Shown: positions 8,595-19,302, counted from the stretch's first letter. The stretch: DNA of 64,000 bases from an uncultured Poribacteria bacterium (GCA_951813565.1 OX638351.1:4320001-4384000), one strand, 5' to 3'. The notes: generated by a model not told the origin, from the letters alone. A program made the numbers and translations.

Positions 8595-9959
8595 CACTCC
8601 CCGTCAAACCCCCTGCCTTTAGGTAGGGGATGTCCACGGCGAAAGTTTTGATTTAAAATATACTTTTCAATCTAATCACAATGTGGTATAATATATCATA
8701 CTATAGTGTAACTCTTGAAGTGATAAAAGACTATATTGAAGGTCAAAGTGGACAATGAGAAAATCTCACAAGTTCAAACTTCAAAATCAATCTAACACAA
8801 TCAAACTCGGCAATATGCTTGATGATATGTGGCAAATCCATGTGCATATCATGCGTTTGGCACGTAGGTATTATCGCATGTTCGGCAAAAATTTGTCTGC
8901 GTATCGTCTGAAGGCACACGTCACACAACTTAAAAAGACAACTAAACCGCATTGGGCAGCCTTGCCGAGTCAAGTTGTGCAAGACGTTGTCCTACGTTAT
9001 GGTAAATCACAAGACGCATTTTTCCAAAATATAGCAAGCCGCAAATCAGGTAAAACAACGCGTAAAGTGGGTAGACCGAAAATCAAACCGCGCCACAAAT
9101 ACAACTCCATGACCTTCACACAAGCGGGCTACAAACTTGAAGATAATCGTATCAAAATCAACTGTATAGATACATGGTTTTCCTACCACAAACACCGTGA
9201 AATCAAAGGAACTATCAAGACAATCACAATCAAACGCGATAAGTGCGGTGACTATTGGATATGCTTTTCGTGCGAGAATGTTGACGATCCCGAACCCAAA
9301 CCCAAGACAGGTAAGAGCGCAGGATTTGATTACGGAAACAAAACATTCCTCACAAGCGACGAAGGGGACACAATAGAATCCCCGCAGTTTTTCAAACAAT
9401 CACTCAACACGTTGCGATCTCTCAACAAAGCACTCAGTCGTAAAGTCAAAGGTTCTAACAACTATTATCGTGCGTGCCGTGCTTTAGCAAGACAACACAG
9501 AAAAGTTGCCCGACAAAGAGAAGATTGGCAATGGAAACTTGCCTCAAAACTTTGTGTAGAGTTTGACACACTCATTTTGGAAACGCTGAACCTTGACGGT
9601 ATGAAACGATTATGGGGACGTAAAGTTTCTGACCATTCTTTCTACCAGTTTCTTCAGATATTGGAACAGAAGTGTGCGAAGCACGGCAAAAAACTTGTGC
9701 AAATCTCGCAATGGATAGCAACAACAAAACCTTGTAGTGATTGTGGATACCATAACGAAGAACTCTCTCTCGCAGATAGACAGTGGACATGCCCCGAATG
9801 TGGGTCACACCACGACAGAGACATCAATGCTGCTATCAATATCAAACGGGCAGGCTTGGCTGCCTAAAGTGGAGCGACAATAAGACGGTGGACGCTAAGC
9901 GAAAACCGCAGTCGCGAGGAAGCACAAGCCCCTACCTTTAGGTAGTAGGTACCTATGAC
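8595..9959 (+). mobile_element. Non-autonomous IS605-family (tnpB-only) element, copy 1
   Basis: TTAG|CACTCCCCGTCAAAC + left hairpin; right hairpin CCCCTACCTTTAGGTAG then ...CCTATGAC; no TSD. Confidence 0.95.
8755..9867 (+). CDS. tnpB: TnpB RNA-guided endonuclease
   Basis: RuvC D (GFDYG), E (ETLNL), D (DRDINAA); Zn finger CSDCG/CPECG. Confidence 0.95.
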   Translation: MRKSHKFKLQNQSNTIKLGNMLDDMWQIHVHIMRLARRYYRMFGKNLSAYRLKAHVTQLKKTTKPHWAALPSQVVQDVVLRYGKSQDAFFQNIASRKSGKTTRKVGRPKIKPRHKYNSMTFTQAGYKLEDNRIKINCIDTWFSYHKHREIKGTIKTITIKRDKCGDYWICFSCENVDDPEPKPKTGKSAGFDYGNKTFLTSDEGDTIESPQFFKQSLNTLRSLNKALSRKVKGSNNYYRACRALARQHRKVARQREDWQWKLASKLCVEFDTLILETLNLDGMKRLWGRKVSDHSFYQFLQILEQKCAKHGKKLVQISQWIATTKPCSDCGYHNEELSLADRQWTCPECGSHHDRDINAAINIKRAGLAA

Positions 9960-9975
9960 CAATCTTGAGACAATA
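9868..9975 (+). ncRNA. Predicted omegaRNA/reRNA 3' scaffold plus guide (5' end probably inside tnpB)
   Basis: GCGAC...CGGT-loop-ACCG...GTCGC stems conserved across copies while the loop differs; the guide would be the flank CAATCTTGAGACAATA. Confidence 0.65.
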
Positions 9976-10147
9976 TGTTGTAAAATTAACGTGCGTTTGA
10001 TAATAATATCCAAATGTATATGTCCGTTGGATAGAGCGAAGCGAAACCGAACAATTCAACCGTTGGGTGTAAAAATAGTTGGGTTTCAGGTTGTTCTACC
10101 CAATCTACGATATTTTTCTATCACCTATCCGCATAGGAGTTATTAAT

Positions 10148-12598
10148 TTGAAAAAAAGTCTTTTCTGGCTATTACTCGTTTTTATACTTCCAATATCTGC
10201 ATTAGCACAAACAGGCACGATTGAAGGCACTGTCTATGACCAAACCACCGGAAAACCACTTGCAGGCGCAGAAGTCCACATCCTTGAAACTAACGAACGC
10301 CAAAAAAGCGATGCAGACGGTAAAGCTTGGTTCACAGGTATTGCGCCCGGCACATACACCCTCACAATCACACATCCCTCTTTTACCACACCTACAAGGA
10401 CCTCCGTTGAGGTTACCGCAGGGCATACCACACAAGCAAACATGTCCCTCGGCGAAGTTTTTGAGTTAGAAACAGTTGTCGTTGAAGGGGAACGCATTCC
10501 GCCAACGGTAAGCCGTAAGGACATTCGCGGCAGCGAACTGCTACGTATTGCAGGTGTAGGCACCGATGCACTAAAGGGATTAACAACGCTTCCCAGCATC
10601 GGTATTCCAAACGATTTTTTTGGAATACTCTATATCCGTGGCAGCGACCCTGGATCTAACCTCTACTATCTTGACCGAACCCCACTCGGCTATCCGTTTC
10701 ACTGGGGCGGCTTGCTTTCTACTATCAGTTCAGAGACTATTGATAAGATAGACATCTACGCTGGTGGATACGGCGCGCAATTCGGTTTGGATTCGCAATC
10801 CGTGATTGACATCCATGCACGCGACAGCATTAAGGAACGGTTAGATGGAAAATTTAATCTGAACATTTGGTATTCTGAAGGTTTACTTGAAGGAAAAATC
10901 GGAGAGAAAGGGTACTTATCTGTCTCCGGACGGAGAAGTTACTTAGATCTAATCGTTGGCCCGATTTTTGAAAGGCAATCTGGATCAGAGCAGCAGTTCC
11001 CGTACTTTTCAGATTATCAGCTCAAACTTTCCTACCCGATCACTAAAAACCACGATCTTACTGTTAATGCATTCGCTGCGACCGATCACTTTCATTTTGA
11101 AATAGAGGAAGAAGTTAATGGAACAGAGGCAACAGATGATGAGATAGAGGTAACAGATGATGAAACAGGAACCGAGCCTTTTCAGGCTTCTATCTTTTTC
11201 AAAAACGGTTTTAATGGACAGGGTATCCATCTTCGTTCAAAATTCACCGAAAATCTCACTTCACATTTGTCGCTGACACGTTCACTCAACTTTCTTGATA
11301 TAGACGCAAGTCTGATTACTTCTGAGACTACCGTCCGAGATGATGGTGAATTGATTTCGAGATCCGCAGATACTCTTGAGTACGAGTTAAAGGTTAACGT
11401 TCCAGTCTACACCCTCCGCGAAGATATATCTTATAGATTATCACCTAAGATACAACTTGAACCGGGTTTTCTTTTCGCTTTCAGTCCCGCGAATAGTACT
11501 GAACACGCCAGCTATCCAACATTTGGAGAAGTGTTGGATGAAGAGACAGAGTTCGAATTAATGCGTACAGATCCAGGGAAAGTTAGGTTTGACGATGATG
11601 GAAATGCACGATTAAGCACGACTGAAACCAGAGATTACGAATTTGGACATGACTTACAACGTGCGGAGGGTTATCTACAGACGCGATACGACCCATTACC
11701 TGCGCTTTCAGTGGCGCTCGGTGTTAGGCTTGATTACCTGGATTTGATAAAGCAGGTTTCCATTCAACCACGCGGGAGCGTAAGTATCACACTTCCAACC
11801 GGTTCAAACCTCCGTTTCGCTTACGGGCATTATGAACAGAGTCCACAACTTTCTCAGCTGCTGTCAGAAAATGGGAACGCTGCGTTAAAATCCAGTCTTG
11901 CACGCCACTATATCATGGAGATAGAACATGAACTCTCATCTCAAACAGAATTTAAGTTCGCTACATACTACAAAGACATGCAAAAATTGATTGCCGAGGA
12001 TGAGGTGTCAAATTTCCTCAATCAAGGAGCTTCGTATGTGGGCGGTGTTGAGTTGTTCCTACGACATCGTGTCCCCGATAAGTTCTTCGGTTGGATTTCT
12101 TATGCATACACACACGCAGAACGGCGAGAAAATGCAGATGTTGCATATCAACCCTATCTTTTTGATAACACACACATCGTTAGTGTTGTGGCAAACTATA
12201 GCTTCAGCAAGGATTTTGAGATCGGTGCGAAGTGGCAATACTTAAGCGGAACATCTGGGGCACCTTTTAGCACAATCATTCCTATTCAAGACCCAGTAAC
12301 GCTTGGATTAAACCCACTCTTTGCAGGTTTGGACCGAACCGTATGGGTGAAACTAACACCGTACCACAAATTAGATTTCAGAATTAGCAAAAAATGGAGT
12401 CTTTTTGGAATGAAGATCGGTGGCTTCATTGAAATTCTGAACGTATACAATCGTAGAAATGCTATTCAGTTTATTCAGCAAGCGGGAACATTTGAGGTTC
12501 TGGGTGAAGAATTCACAGTTGAAGAACATGAGACTGAGGAAGAGGAAGGTAATCAACTTCCAAGGTTGCCCTATTTCGGCTTGACGATTGAATTTTGA
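10148..12598 (+). CDS. TonB-dependent receptor (TTG start after AGGAG)
   Basis: Paralog of 5941; signal peptide, one N-terminal accessory domain, plug, C-terminal IEF. Confidence 0.9.
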   Translation: MKKSLFWLLLVFILPISALAQTGTIEGTVYDQTTGKPLAGAEVHILETNERQKSDADGKAWFTGIAPGTYTLTITHPSFTTPTRTSVEVTAGHTTQANMSLGEVFELETVVVEGERIPPTVSRKDIRGSELLRIAGVGTDALKGLTTLPSIGIPNDFFGILYIRGSDPGSNLYYLDRTPLGYPFHWGGLLSTISSETIDKIDIYAGGYGAQFGLDSQSVIDIHARDSIKERLDGKFNLNIWYSEGLLEGKIGEKGYLSVSGRRSYLDLIVGPIFERQSGSEQQFPYFSDYQLKLSYPITKNHDLTVNAFAATDHFHFEIEEEVNGTEATDDEIEVTDDETGTEPFQASIFFKNGFNGQGIHLRSKFTENLTSHLSLTRSLNFLDIDASLITSETTVRDDGELISRSADTLEYELKVNVPVYTLREDISYRLSPKIQLEPGFLFAFSPANSTEHASYPTFGEVLDEETEFELMRTDPGKVRFDDDGNARLSTTETRDYEFGHDLQRAEGYLQTRYDPLPALSVALGVRLDYLDLIKQVSIQPRGSVSITLPTGSNLRFAYGHYEQSPQLSQLLSENGNAALKSSLARHYIMEIEHELSSQTEFKFATYYKDMQKLIAEDEVSNFLNQGASYVGGVELFLRHRVPDKFFGWISYAYTHAERRENADVAYQPYLFDNTHIVSVVANYSFSKDFEIGAKWQYLSGTSGAPFSTIIPIQDPVTLGLNPLFAGLDRTVWVKLTPYHKLDFRISKKWSLFGMKIGGFIEILNVYNRRNAIQFIQQAGTFEVLGEEFTVEEHETEEEEGNQLPRLPYFGLTIEF

Positions 12599-12707
12599 TT
12601 ATTCAAATTACATATCAATTTTGCAATTCTGGCAATAGATATAGTATAATTTAACGTATCAAATGTAACATGAAATTTCAAGACATTGAGCATAGGAGTT
12701 ATACATC

Positions 12708-14930
12708 ATGAGATATTTTTTATGTCTGCTAATGGTTTTAATAATCCCTACAGCAGTCTTTGCCCAAACAGGTGTGATTGAAGGCACTGTTTATAGTAGA
12801 GGCACGGATGAACCGTTAGCAGGTGCAGAAGTTCATATCATTGAACTTGACAAGCGCATACAGACAGACGAAAAAGGAAAATTCTCTATAAAGGAAATTC
12901 CCGAAGGTCAATATACCATATCAATATCATTGCCAAATTCAGAATCGACCGAAAAAATCTCTGTTACCGTTGAAGCTGGCAAAACGCTTACACCTAACAT
13001 ATTCATCAGCGCAGTTGACTATCAACTTGAGGACGTGGAGGTAAAGACGAAACGTGTTCCGAAAAGTGTTAGTAAAAAGAGTATTGAATCTCAAGAAATA
13101 ACACGTATCCCCGGCACTGCGGGTGATGCGCTTCGTGCCTTGCCTGCTATTCCGGGGATTGGTGTAGCGAACGATTTTAGCGGCGCACTCTATATCCGCG
13201 GTGGTTCTGATACAGACAATCTCTACTACTTTGACCGCGTGCCCGTCGGTTATCCCTACCACTTTGGTGGACTCGTTTCGTCATTGAGTTCCGAAATCAT
13301 TGATAGAATTGATGTCTACGCAGGGGGTTATGGTGCTGAGTATGGTGTGGATTCTCAAGCCGTAATAGACATCTATTCGCAAAGCAGCAGTCCGGAGAAT
13401 ATGCGTGGAAAATTTAATCTCAATCTGCTTTACTCAGAGGGATTACTGCAAGGAAAAATCGGTGAAAAAGGGTATTGGTATGCTGCTGGACGTAGAAGTT
13501 ACATAGATCTATTCATCGGTTCACTCTCATTTGACACAGGAGCGATCACTGCCTTTCCTCGTTTTTGGGATTATCAACTCAAAGCAGGCTACGACCTCAG
13601 CGAAAAACACCAGCTTTTTTTCAATCTTTTTGCATCAGGTGATAAGTTTGCCGTGCAATTAGATGGTGAAAATGTAGACGAAGATTTTAGAGGTGATACC
13701 AGCTTTGAAAGTGGATTTGAAGGCGGTGGGATCCACCTGCGTTCCTCGCTAACAGACCGGCTTACTTCCTATTTATCTTTTACCCGTTCGAACTTTCTAT
13801 TTGACGTCAATTTCGGCCCACTAATTTCTCTATATATTGATGCGCCCACCTACACACTTCGCGAAGACTTATCCTATGAAATAAACGAAAAACATCGTTT
13901 GGAATCAGGACTCATTCTCGGACTTGAACCCGGTGAGGTAACCGGGACCTTCACACGAATCCCAGATGAGGGTGAGGTAGAGTTTGATATCCGATTTGAG
14001 GATAAGTTTGAAATTAATGAGACCGTCCGAGGACAACGGATTGAAACATATTTACAAGATAGGTATAACCTACTCCCTTATTTATCGGTTGTATTTGGAC
14101 TTCGGACAGATTATTTCAGCGAAATTGACGAGGTCTCTATTCAACCTCGCGGTAGCGTACGGCTTGAACTTCCTAACAGTTCCGAACTTCAATTTGCCTA
14201 TGGTATTTACAATCAAGCGCCGATTCCTGGGCAACTTTCACCGAGTGTTGGGAATCCGGAGTTAAAGTCCAGTCAGGCGAGTCATTACATCCTTGAACTC
14301 AAACGTCAACTGTCACCAGATACAGAAATCAAAATGGCCGCTTATTACAAAAACCTTGCCAACTTAGTGACTGCTGATGAGGCATCCGTCTATCAAAATC
14401 AGGGTGAGGGGTATGCGCAAGGAACAGAAATATTTCTTAGGCATCGGCGTGGCGATAAGTTTTTTGGATGGGTTTCCTACGCTTACGCGCTGTCAAAACG
14501 ACGCGACCGTATTGGAGAACCTTATCGTTACTATTCGTTTGATCAAACACATGTCGCTACCGTTGCAGCAAGTTATAACCTCACGCCTACTTGGGAATTC
14601 GGTGCGAAATGGCAGTACCGAACTGGCAACCCATATACACCTGTTATTGATGCATCACTCATACTTGATCCGAGAAATGGAAAACCTATCTATCTTCCTA
14701 ATTATGGTGAAACGAACTCAGAAAGATTACCTCCTTACCACAGGTTGGACCTACGGGTGAGCAAAGCTTTTCGATTTAATAGTTGGGAATTAGGCATCTT
14801 TTTAGAACTACTTAACGCCTATAACCGACAGAATCTCCTTGATTATCGATATAACGAAGACTATACAGAGAGAAGTTCAATTTATCAGTTGCCTATTATC
14901 CCTTATTTAGGTATTACAGCGGAATTCTAA
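12708..14930 (+). CDS. TonB-dependent receptor
   Basis: Paralog; LYIRGG plug, YAGGYGAEYG, LPPYHRLDLR, C-terminal AEF. Confidence 0.9.
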   Translation: MRYFLCLLMVLIIPTAVFAQTGVIEGTVYSRGTDEPLAGAEVHIIELDKRIQTDEKGKFSIKEIPEGQYTISISLPNSESTEKISVTVEAGKTLTPNIFISAVDYQLEDVEVKTKRVPKSVSKKSIESQEITRIPGTAGDALRALPAIPGIGVANDFSGALYIRGGSDTDNLYYFDRVPVGYPYHFGGLVSSLSSEIIDRIDVYAGGYGAEYGVDSQAVIDIYSQSSSPENMRGKFNLNLLYSEGLLQGKIGEKGYWYAAGRRSYIDLFIGSLSFDTGAITAFPRFWDYQLKAGYDLSEKHQLFFNLFASGDKFAVQLDGENVDEDFRGDTSFESGFEGGGIHLRSSLTDRLTSYLSFTRSNFLFDVNFGPLISLYIDAPTYTLREDLSYEINEKHRLESGLILGLEPGEVTGTFTRIPDEGEVEFDIRFEDKFEINETVRGQRIETYLQDRYNLLPYLSVVFGLRTDYFSEIDEVSIQPRGSVRLELPNSSELQFAYGIYNQAPIPGQLSPSVGNPELKSSQASHYILELKRQLSPDTEIKMAAYYKNLANLVTADEASVYQNQGEGYAQGTEIFLRHRRGDKFFGWVSYAYALSKRRDRIGEPYRYYSFDQTHVATVAASYNLTPTWEFGAKWQYRTGNPYTPVIDASLILDPRNGKPIYLPNYGETNSERLPPYHRLDLRVSKAFRFNSWELGIFLELLNAYNRQNLLDYRYNEDYTERSSIYQLPIIPYLGITAEF

Positions 14931-14965
14931 ATGGTTTTCTTCGGAGTAGAAACCTGAAATATATC

Positions 14966-17032
14966 TTGATCCTTTTATTTTTTATAATTCCTCTCAGTGC
15001 CATCGGACAAAGCGGTGATCCTATCAAAGACGATGCATCGGATGATACTATCACCTTACCACCAGTAGTAGTCGAAGCAGAACGGATAGAAAAGAAACCA
15101 AGACACACTTTCAAAGGGTCTACATTTAGAAATGCCATTGGAACAGGTGGAGATCCGTTACGGCTTTTAAACCAACTGCCAAGTGTTGGTGTTTTGAATG
15201 ATTTTGCCGGAATCCTTTCCGTGCGTGGCGGTGGACCTGAAGATAATCTCTACTATTTTGATCGCTTACCCTTGGGGTATCCATATCATCTCTACGGAAT
15301 CGTTTCTACAGTAAATGCAGAGGTAATTCAAAATGTTGAAGTGTACCCAGGCGGGTACGGTGCAGAATTTGGTTCCGATTCTCAAGCAGTCATTGACATC
15401 TATTCCCGGAGTATCACGGATACTCGCTTGGGAGGTAAACTCAATTCCAATCTGGTGTATTCCCAAGCGTTTCTTGAAGGAAATATCGGTAAACGCGGAT
15501 ATTGGTACGCTTTTGGTCGGCGTAGTTATATGGGACCGCTTTTTGAATTGTTGCCGAGTTTAGTGAAGGTTGAGGAGGATTTAGTAACTCAGGTGCCGAG
15601 TTTCTGGAGTTATCAGGGAAAGGCAGTTTACCAATTAACTAAGAACCACAGGTTGGTCGTTAACACTATTGCAGCAGACGATTCAGCTGAATTTCGCCTC
15701 GGTCCCGATGAAGTCTCTGATAGTGACTTGCGTGGTCCATTGAAATCGGAAAATCCTTTTGATTCACAAGGCATTCATCTCTATTCTGAAAAAGAAAAGA
15801 CGTTTAGGTCTGTTGTATCATTGACACGGTCATTTTCTCGTAGGGCATTAAAATACGGTGACGGATACTTCTATGGAAACACGGATAGTGTCTATTCACT
15901 TCGTGGCGATCTTCAGTATTGGGTTAAATTTCCGAAGACATTGATAGAATCAGGTTTTGATCTTTCATATCTACCGTCAAGTCTTAACAGCATCGGGGCA
16001 CGCCCACTTGAAGAAGGTGATTGGGACTATGACTTTAGGTTAAAGGCACAGGGAGAGAAAGTCCACACTGTCACATCTAAAGCCCTGCATCGACTTGAAG
16101 GTTATCTGCAGGCAACGCAAGACCTCATTTCATCTCGCTATGCTGCCCTCTATGCCACTATAGGAATGCGAGCAAATTACTTTAATCTGATTGACTCCTT
16201 TTCGCTTCAGCCACGCGGGTTACTCGGTTTAACACTTGGTCCTGAACCAACAAACGGTGTGGGATTATCTTTTCTACCGATAGACCTGCGTTTTATGTTT
16301 GGAAATTATGTGCAAAATCCACGCCTCTTCCAAGTCGCGCTTGGAAACGAAAATCCTGAGATCGCGCCCAGTTTAGCAAGACATTACGTTGTTGCAATTG
16401 AAAAAAGGCTGACATCGGAAACAAAGGTTGAAGTTGCAGGCTATTACAAAAACCTTAGCGATATGATTACCTTCAACCTATCAGAGAAACGCTACGAAAA
16501 TCTGAAAACTGGGTCTGTGAAAGGTGTTGAAGTTTCACTGGAACACGAAATCGGAGAAGCTTTTCGGGGTTGGGTTGCCTATTCCTATACTGTTTCAAAA
16601 CGTCAAGATTCCCCTCACGAAAAAGAAAGAGATTTTATGTTTGGTACCCCTCATGTTTTGGCAATTAATCTGAACTCCACTTTTGAGTCGTGGGAATTCG
16701 GCGCGAATTGGCAATACAAGAGTGGGGTTCTGTATACCACATTAGAAGGCAGAGAAGAGTATATCAACCCGTTCACTAAAAACCAAACCTGGCTGCCGAT
16801 TTGGGGCACCCAAAAACGCACAGCACCATATCACCGTTTGGATCTACGTGTTCATTACTCCTTCATTCGTTTAGATAATTTAAAGGGTGGATTTACTTTT
16901 GAACTTTGGAACGCTTATAATCGTAGAAATATCCTCCAAGTCCGCTATGGTGAGCACTTTACAAAAGAGGTGCCGATTGCCCAATTGCCGATTGTCCCGT
17001 TCTTTGCGTTCACATTGGAATTAAGAATGTAA
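14966..17032 (+). CDS. TonB-dependent receptor lacking the N-terminal accessory domain (start may be CTG at 14954)
   Basis: Paralog; LPPVVVEA, SVRGGG plug, PYHRLDLR. Confidence 0.88.
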   Translation: MILLFFIIPLSAIGQSGDPIKDDASDDTITLPPVVVEAERIEKKPRHTFKGSTFRNAIGTGGDPLRLLNQLPSVGVLNDFAGILSVRGGGPEDNLYYFDRLPLGYPYHLYGIVSTVNAEVIQNVEVYPGGYGAEFGSDSQAVIDIYSRSITDTRLGGKLNSNLVYSQAFLEGNIGKRGYWYAFGRRSYMGPLFELLPSLVKVEEDLVTQVPSFWSYQGKAVYQLTKNHRLVVNTIAADDSAEFRLGPDEVSDSDLRGPLKSENPFDSQGIHLYSEKEKTFRSVVSLTRSFSRRALKYGDGYFYGNTDSVYSLRGDLQYWVKFPKTLIESGFDLSYLPSSLNSIGARPLEEGDWDYDFRLKAQGEKVHTVTSKALHRLEGYLQATQDLISSRYAALYATIGMRANYFNLIDSFSLQPRGLLGLTLGPEPTNGVGLSFLPIDLRFMFGNYVQNPRLFQVALGNENPEIAPSLARHYVVAIEKRLTSETKVEVAGYYKNLSDMITFNLSEKRYENLKTGSVKGVEVSLEHEIGEAFRGWVAYSYTVSKRQDSPHEKERDFMFGTPHVLAINLNSTFESWEFGANWQYKSGVLYTTLEGREEYINPFTKNQTWLPIWGTQKRTAPYHRLDLRVHYSFIRLDNLKGGFTFELWNAYNRRNILQVRYGEHFTKEVPIAQLPIVPFFAFTLELRM

Positions 17033-17255
17033 GAGGCGCAGCATGCCACACGGGGAATGCCATAAGGCATTCAGACCCGGTGAATGACTAAAGACGAATG
17101 CGCTTGGTAGAATACGCTTTTGGTATTCTACATGATTCGCCATGATTCATACCGTTGATTTCTTGATTTGGCGCATGCTGCGTTGATTTGGCAATGAATT
17201 GCGCGACTACGAACAGATAATTTGAAAATGAGAAGTTATTTTTCAGAAATGGTAT
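17033..17255. repeat. Partial MITE with a nested hairpin stack (reverse complement of part of 5195-5335)
   Basis: GAGGCG[stack]CAATGAATTGCGCGACTAC...AGAAATGGTAT. Confidence 0.7.
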
Positions 17256-17269
17256 AACTTAAAAAGAAA

Positions 17270-17301
17270 TAGGCAGATACCCAAATAAAGGATACCTGCC
17301 T
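17270..17301. terminator. Possible terminator between convergent genes
   Basis: AGGCAGAT-loop-ACCTGCCT hairpin with an A-rich left flank. Confidence 0.4.
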
Positions 17302-17329
17302 GTGTGAATTTAGACTATAGGTCAACGAC

Positions 17330-18295
17330 TCATTTCTTTAATGTTCCCCACCTGACTTTTTTTCCCTGTGGGGTGACAGAAAGTACATCGTCGTCGATCC
17401 AATGCGGTGCAAGGTCATCCCGCGGATGGCTTGTGAGATTCGTTATCTCCCCTGTAACAAGGTGATACCGGTATATCTCAATCTGCCGATCCGCTGCGGC
17501 ATGTTCCTCAGCAGCGATAAGCACCTGTTTCCCGTTGTCCATCCAACACGCTGAATGAACTAACCACTTTTTAGTCGGAATTTTTAAAAAGCGCCGATTG
17601 GGAGAACCGTGTTTCTGAATCACAACGTTGTTTTGTAGCAACTGAAACGCATGTTCATTGCCGTAGAGCGCCTCAACATACATAACAGATTTGCTATCTG
17701 GAGACCAGGCAGGCGAAAAACGATACCAATTATCATGCGGTACAAGAGGGTGCTGTCCTGATCCGTTCGCATTCATCACATAGATCGTTGTTAAATTCGC
17801 TGCCGGATGCGCCTGGCGATAGGCAATATATTTACCATTCGGCGACCACGACGGTCTTGAGGTAAGCTCTGGGTTGTTAGTCAGTTTCCGAACAGCACGG
17901 GTAAAGATATCTATCACATAGATATTCCTATCTTTACCATAAGCAATGCGGGACCCATCGGGCGACCAAGAACATAAACTCACATTAAAATCCGTGATCT
18001 GCTGTTCTTGGCTGCCATCACTATTCATAATGAATAGCGCGGACTTTTGCTGCCTTCTATCTTCCGATATTTCTCTTAGAAACGCAATGCGTTTACCGTT
18101 TGGAGACCAGACAGGACCAGAATCGTAGTGCGGCAGTCGTGTGAATGTTAATCTTTGGACATTGCTACCATCATCGTCCATCACATAGAGGGTCTGTCCA
18201 CCGTGACGCTGTGATTCGAAAACGATCTTGGCAGTGGCGAAACTCGGCACCATCCATAGCAGCAAGAAGTAAATAAAGAAACGTTTGGACAGCAT
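17330..18295 (-). CDS. TolB-like beta-propeller (PD40 repeat) secreted protein
   Basis: Repeated P/S-WSPNG/DG motifs, LYVMDDDGSNVQRLT, signal peptide. Confidence 0.88.
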   Translation of the reverse strand: MLSKRFFIYFLLLWMVPSFATAKIVFESQRHGGQTLYVMDDDGSNVQRLTFTRLPHYDSGPVWSPNGKRIAFLREISEDRRQQKSALFIMNSDGSQEQQITDFNVSLCSWSPDGSRIAYGKDRNIYVIDIFTRAVRKLTNNPELTSRPSWSPNGKYIAYRQAHPAANLTTIYVMNANGSGQHPLVPHDNWYRFSPAWSPDSKSVMYVEALYGNEHAFQLLQNNVVIQKHGSPNRRFLKIPTKKWLVHSACWMDNGKQVLIAAEEHAAADRQIEIYRYHLVTGEITNLTSHPRDDLAPHWIDDDVLSVTPQGKKVRWGTLKK

Positions 18296-18310
18296 AAGTA
18301 TTCCCCTTCA

Positions 18311-19136
18311 TTAATCGGCTACATCAACGGTGTAGTATTCCCAATAGCCCGTTCCATCATTTCGCCAAATCTCAGCTCTGATTCTGTAGGCGCCCCTGAT
18401 ACCTTCAGGAAACGTGTAACTCATCGTAGTCGTATCACCGTCACCGCTATCTACTTGTACATTCGTGCCGGGCTTGGTATCCCCGGGTGCTTGTACATAC
18501 CAAAGGACTTCATCAAAGGGCATGTCTGTAATTAGCAGCGACTCCCAGCTATCGCCCGCATTGGCAGAGAAATCATCGTCGAAGTCAACACCGTTTGTCG
18601 TAGGACCGATTCCAACAACACCGAGGGGCTATGTGTAAAATCAACTTCAAAGTCCGCTTGCCATGTATCTTGTCTATTAGCCAAGCGCGGATGGTCACAC
18701 CTCAATGTAACAGTACCTTTCATTGTGTGTTCCTCATTTCTTGGTGCACCTATTCTGTCAACATGTAGGGAGAGGTGTCCAAAAATCATGTTAGAAGAAC
18801 CCTCTTCACCATTTTCCTCTATATTTCCAATAAAGGAATCCTTCTCATCCGGCCGTATCCAAGGATTGAAAGACGAAACTCACCACTATAGCCGTGGCGC
18901 TTGTCACCACTATTACCGAACATGACCATACCATCGAGATATGCCACACCAGGCTCTTGATTATCATAATAAAGGCTTGATACTTGAGCACTTCCCCAGA
19001 CATTAGGATTGTGATTCCCATTCCCTGTTACTATATCTAACGCTGCGAAAAGCGGAAGCGTGAGTAAACAAGCATAGGTGATAAACAGAAACATCACAAA
19101 ACGTGTGATGTGTTTTGATGTATCTAATCTTTTCAT
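18311..19136 (-). pseudogene. Secreted hypothetical protein split by two frameshifts
   Basis: Signal-peptide ORF 18819-19136, then 18532-18789 and 18311-18523 read on as one protein through frame changes (..DEKDSFIGNIEE..; ..GPTTNGVDFDDDFSANAGDSWESLLITDMPFDEVLWY..). Confidence 0.6.
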
Positions 19137-19184
19137 TTTATATCTCCTGTAAAAGTAAGATATATCATGTTGTTATGATATCCA

Positions 19185-19302
19185 TTGTTTATCGGGGCCC
19201 TATCCTTGTTCGGTAGACCTTCCACCGTCTTAATAAAGGTTCGGGCACCCTGGCGATCAAACCATAGTATCTCATCAGTAAAGTTGAGAAGGGCGCCCAT
19301 CT
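19185..19302 (-). ncRNA. Candidate structured 5'-leader RNA
   Basis: GC-rich stems in an AT-rich leader: GGGCGCCCT/AGGGTGCCC enclosing TCTCA/TGAGA, then CGGTGGA/TCTACCG; lies between a promoter and the ATG at 19136. Confidence 0.5.

Noticed and set aside
8755..9867. Nuclease-dead TnpB (TldR) or Cas12
   Set aside because: All three RuvC acidic residues are present, IS ends are intact and there is no CRISPR array
19262..19300. Hammerhead ribozyme (CTGATGAG on the minus strand)
   Set aside because: No stem II followed by GAAA in the required position
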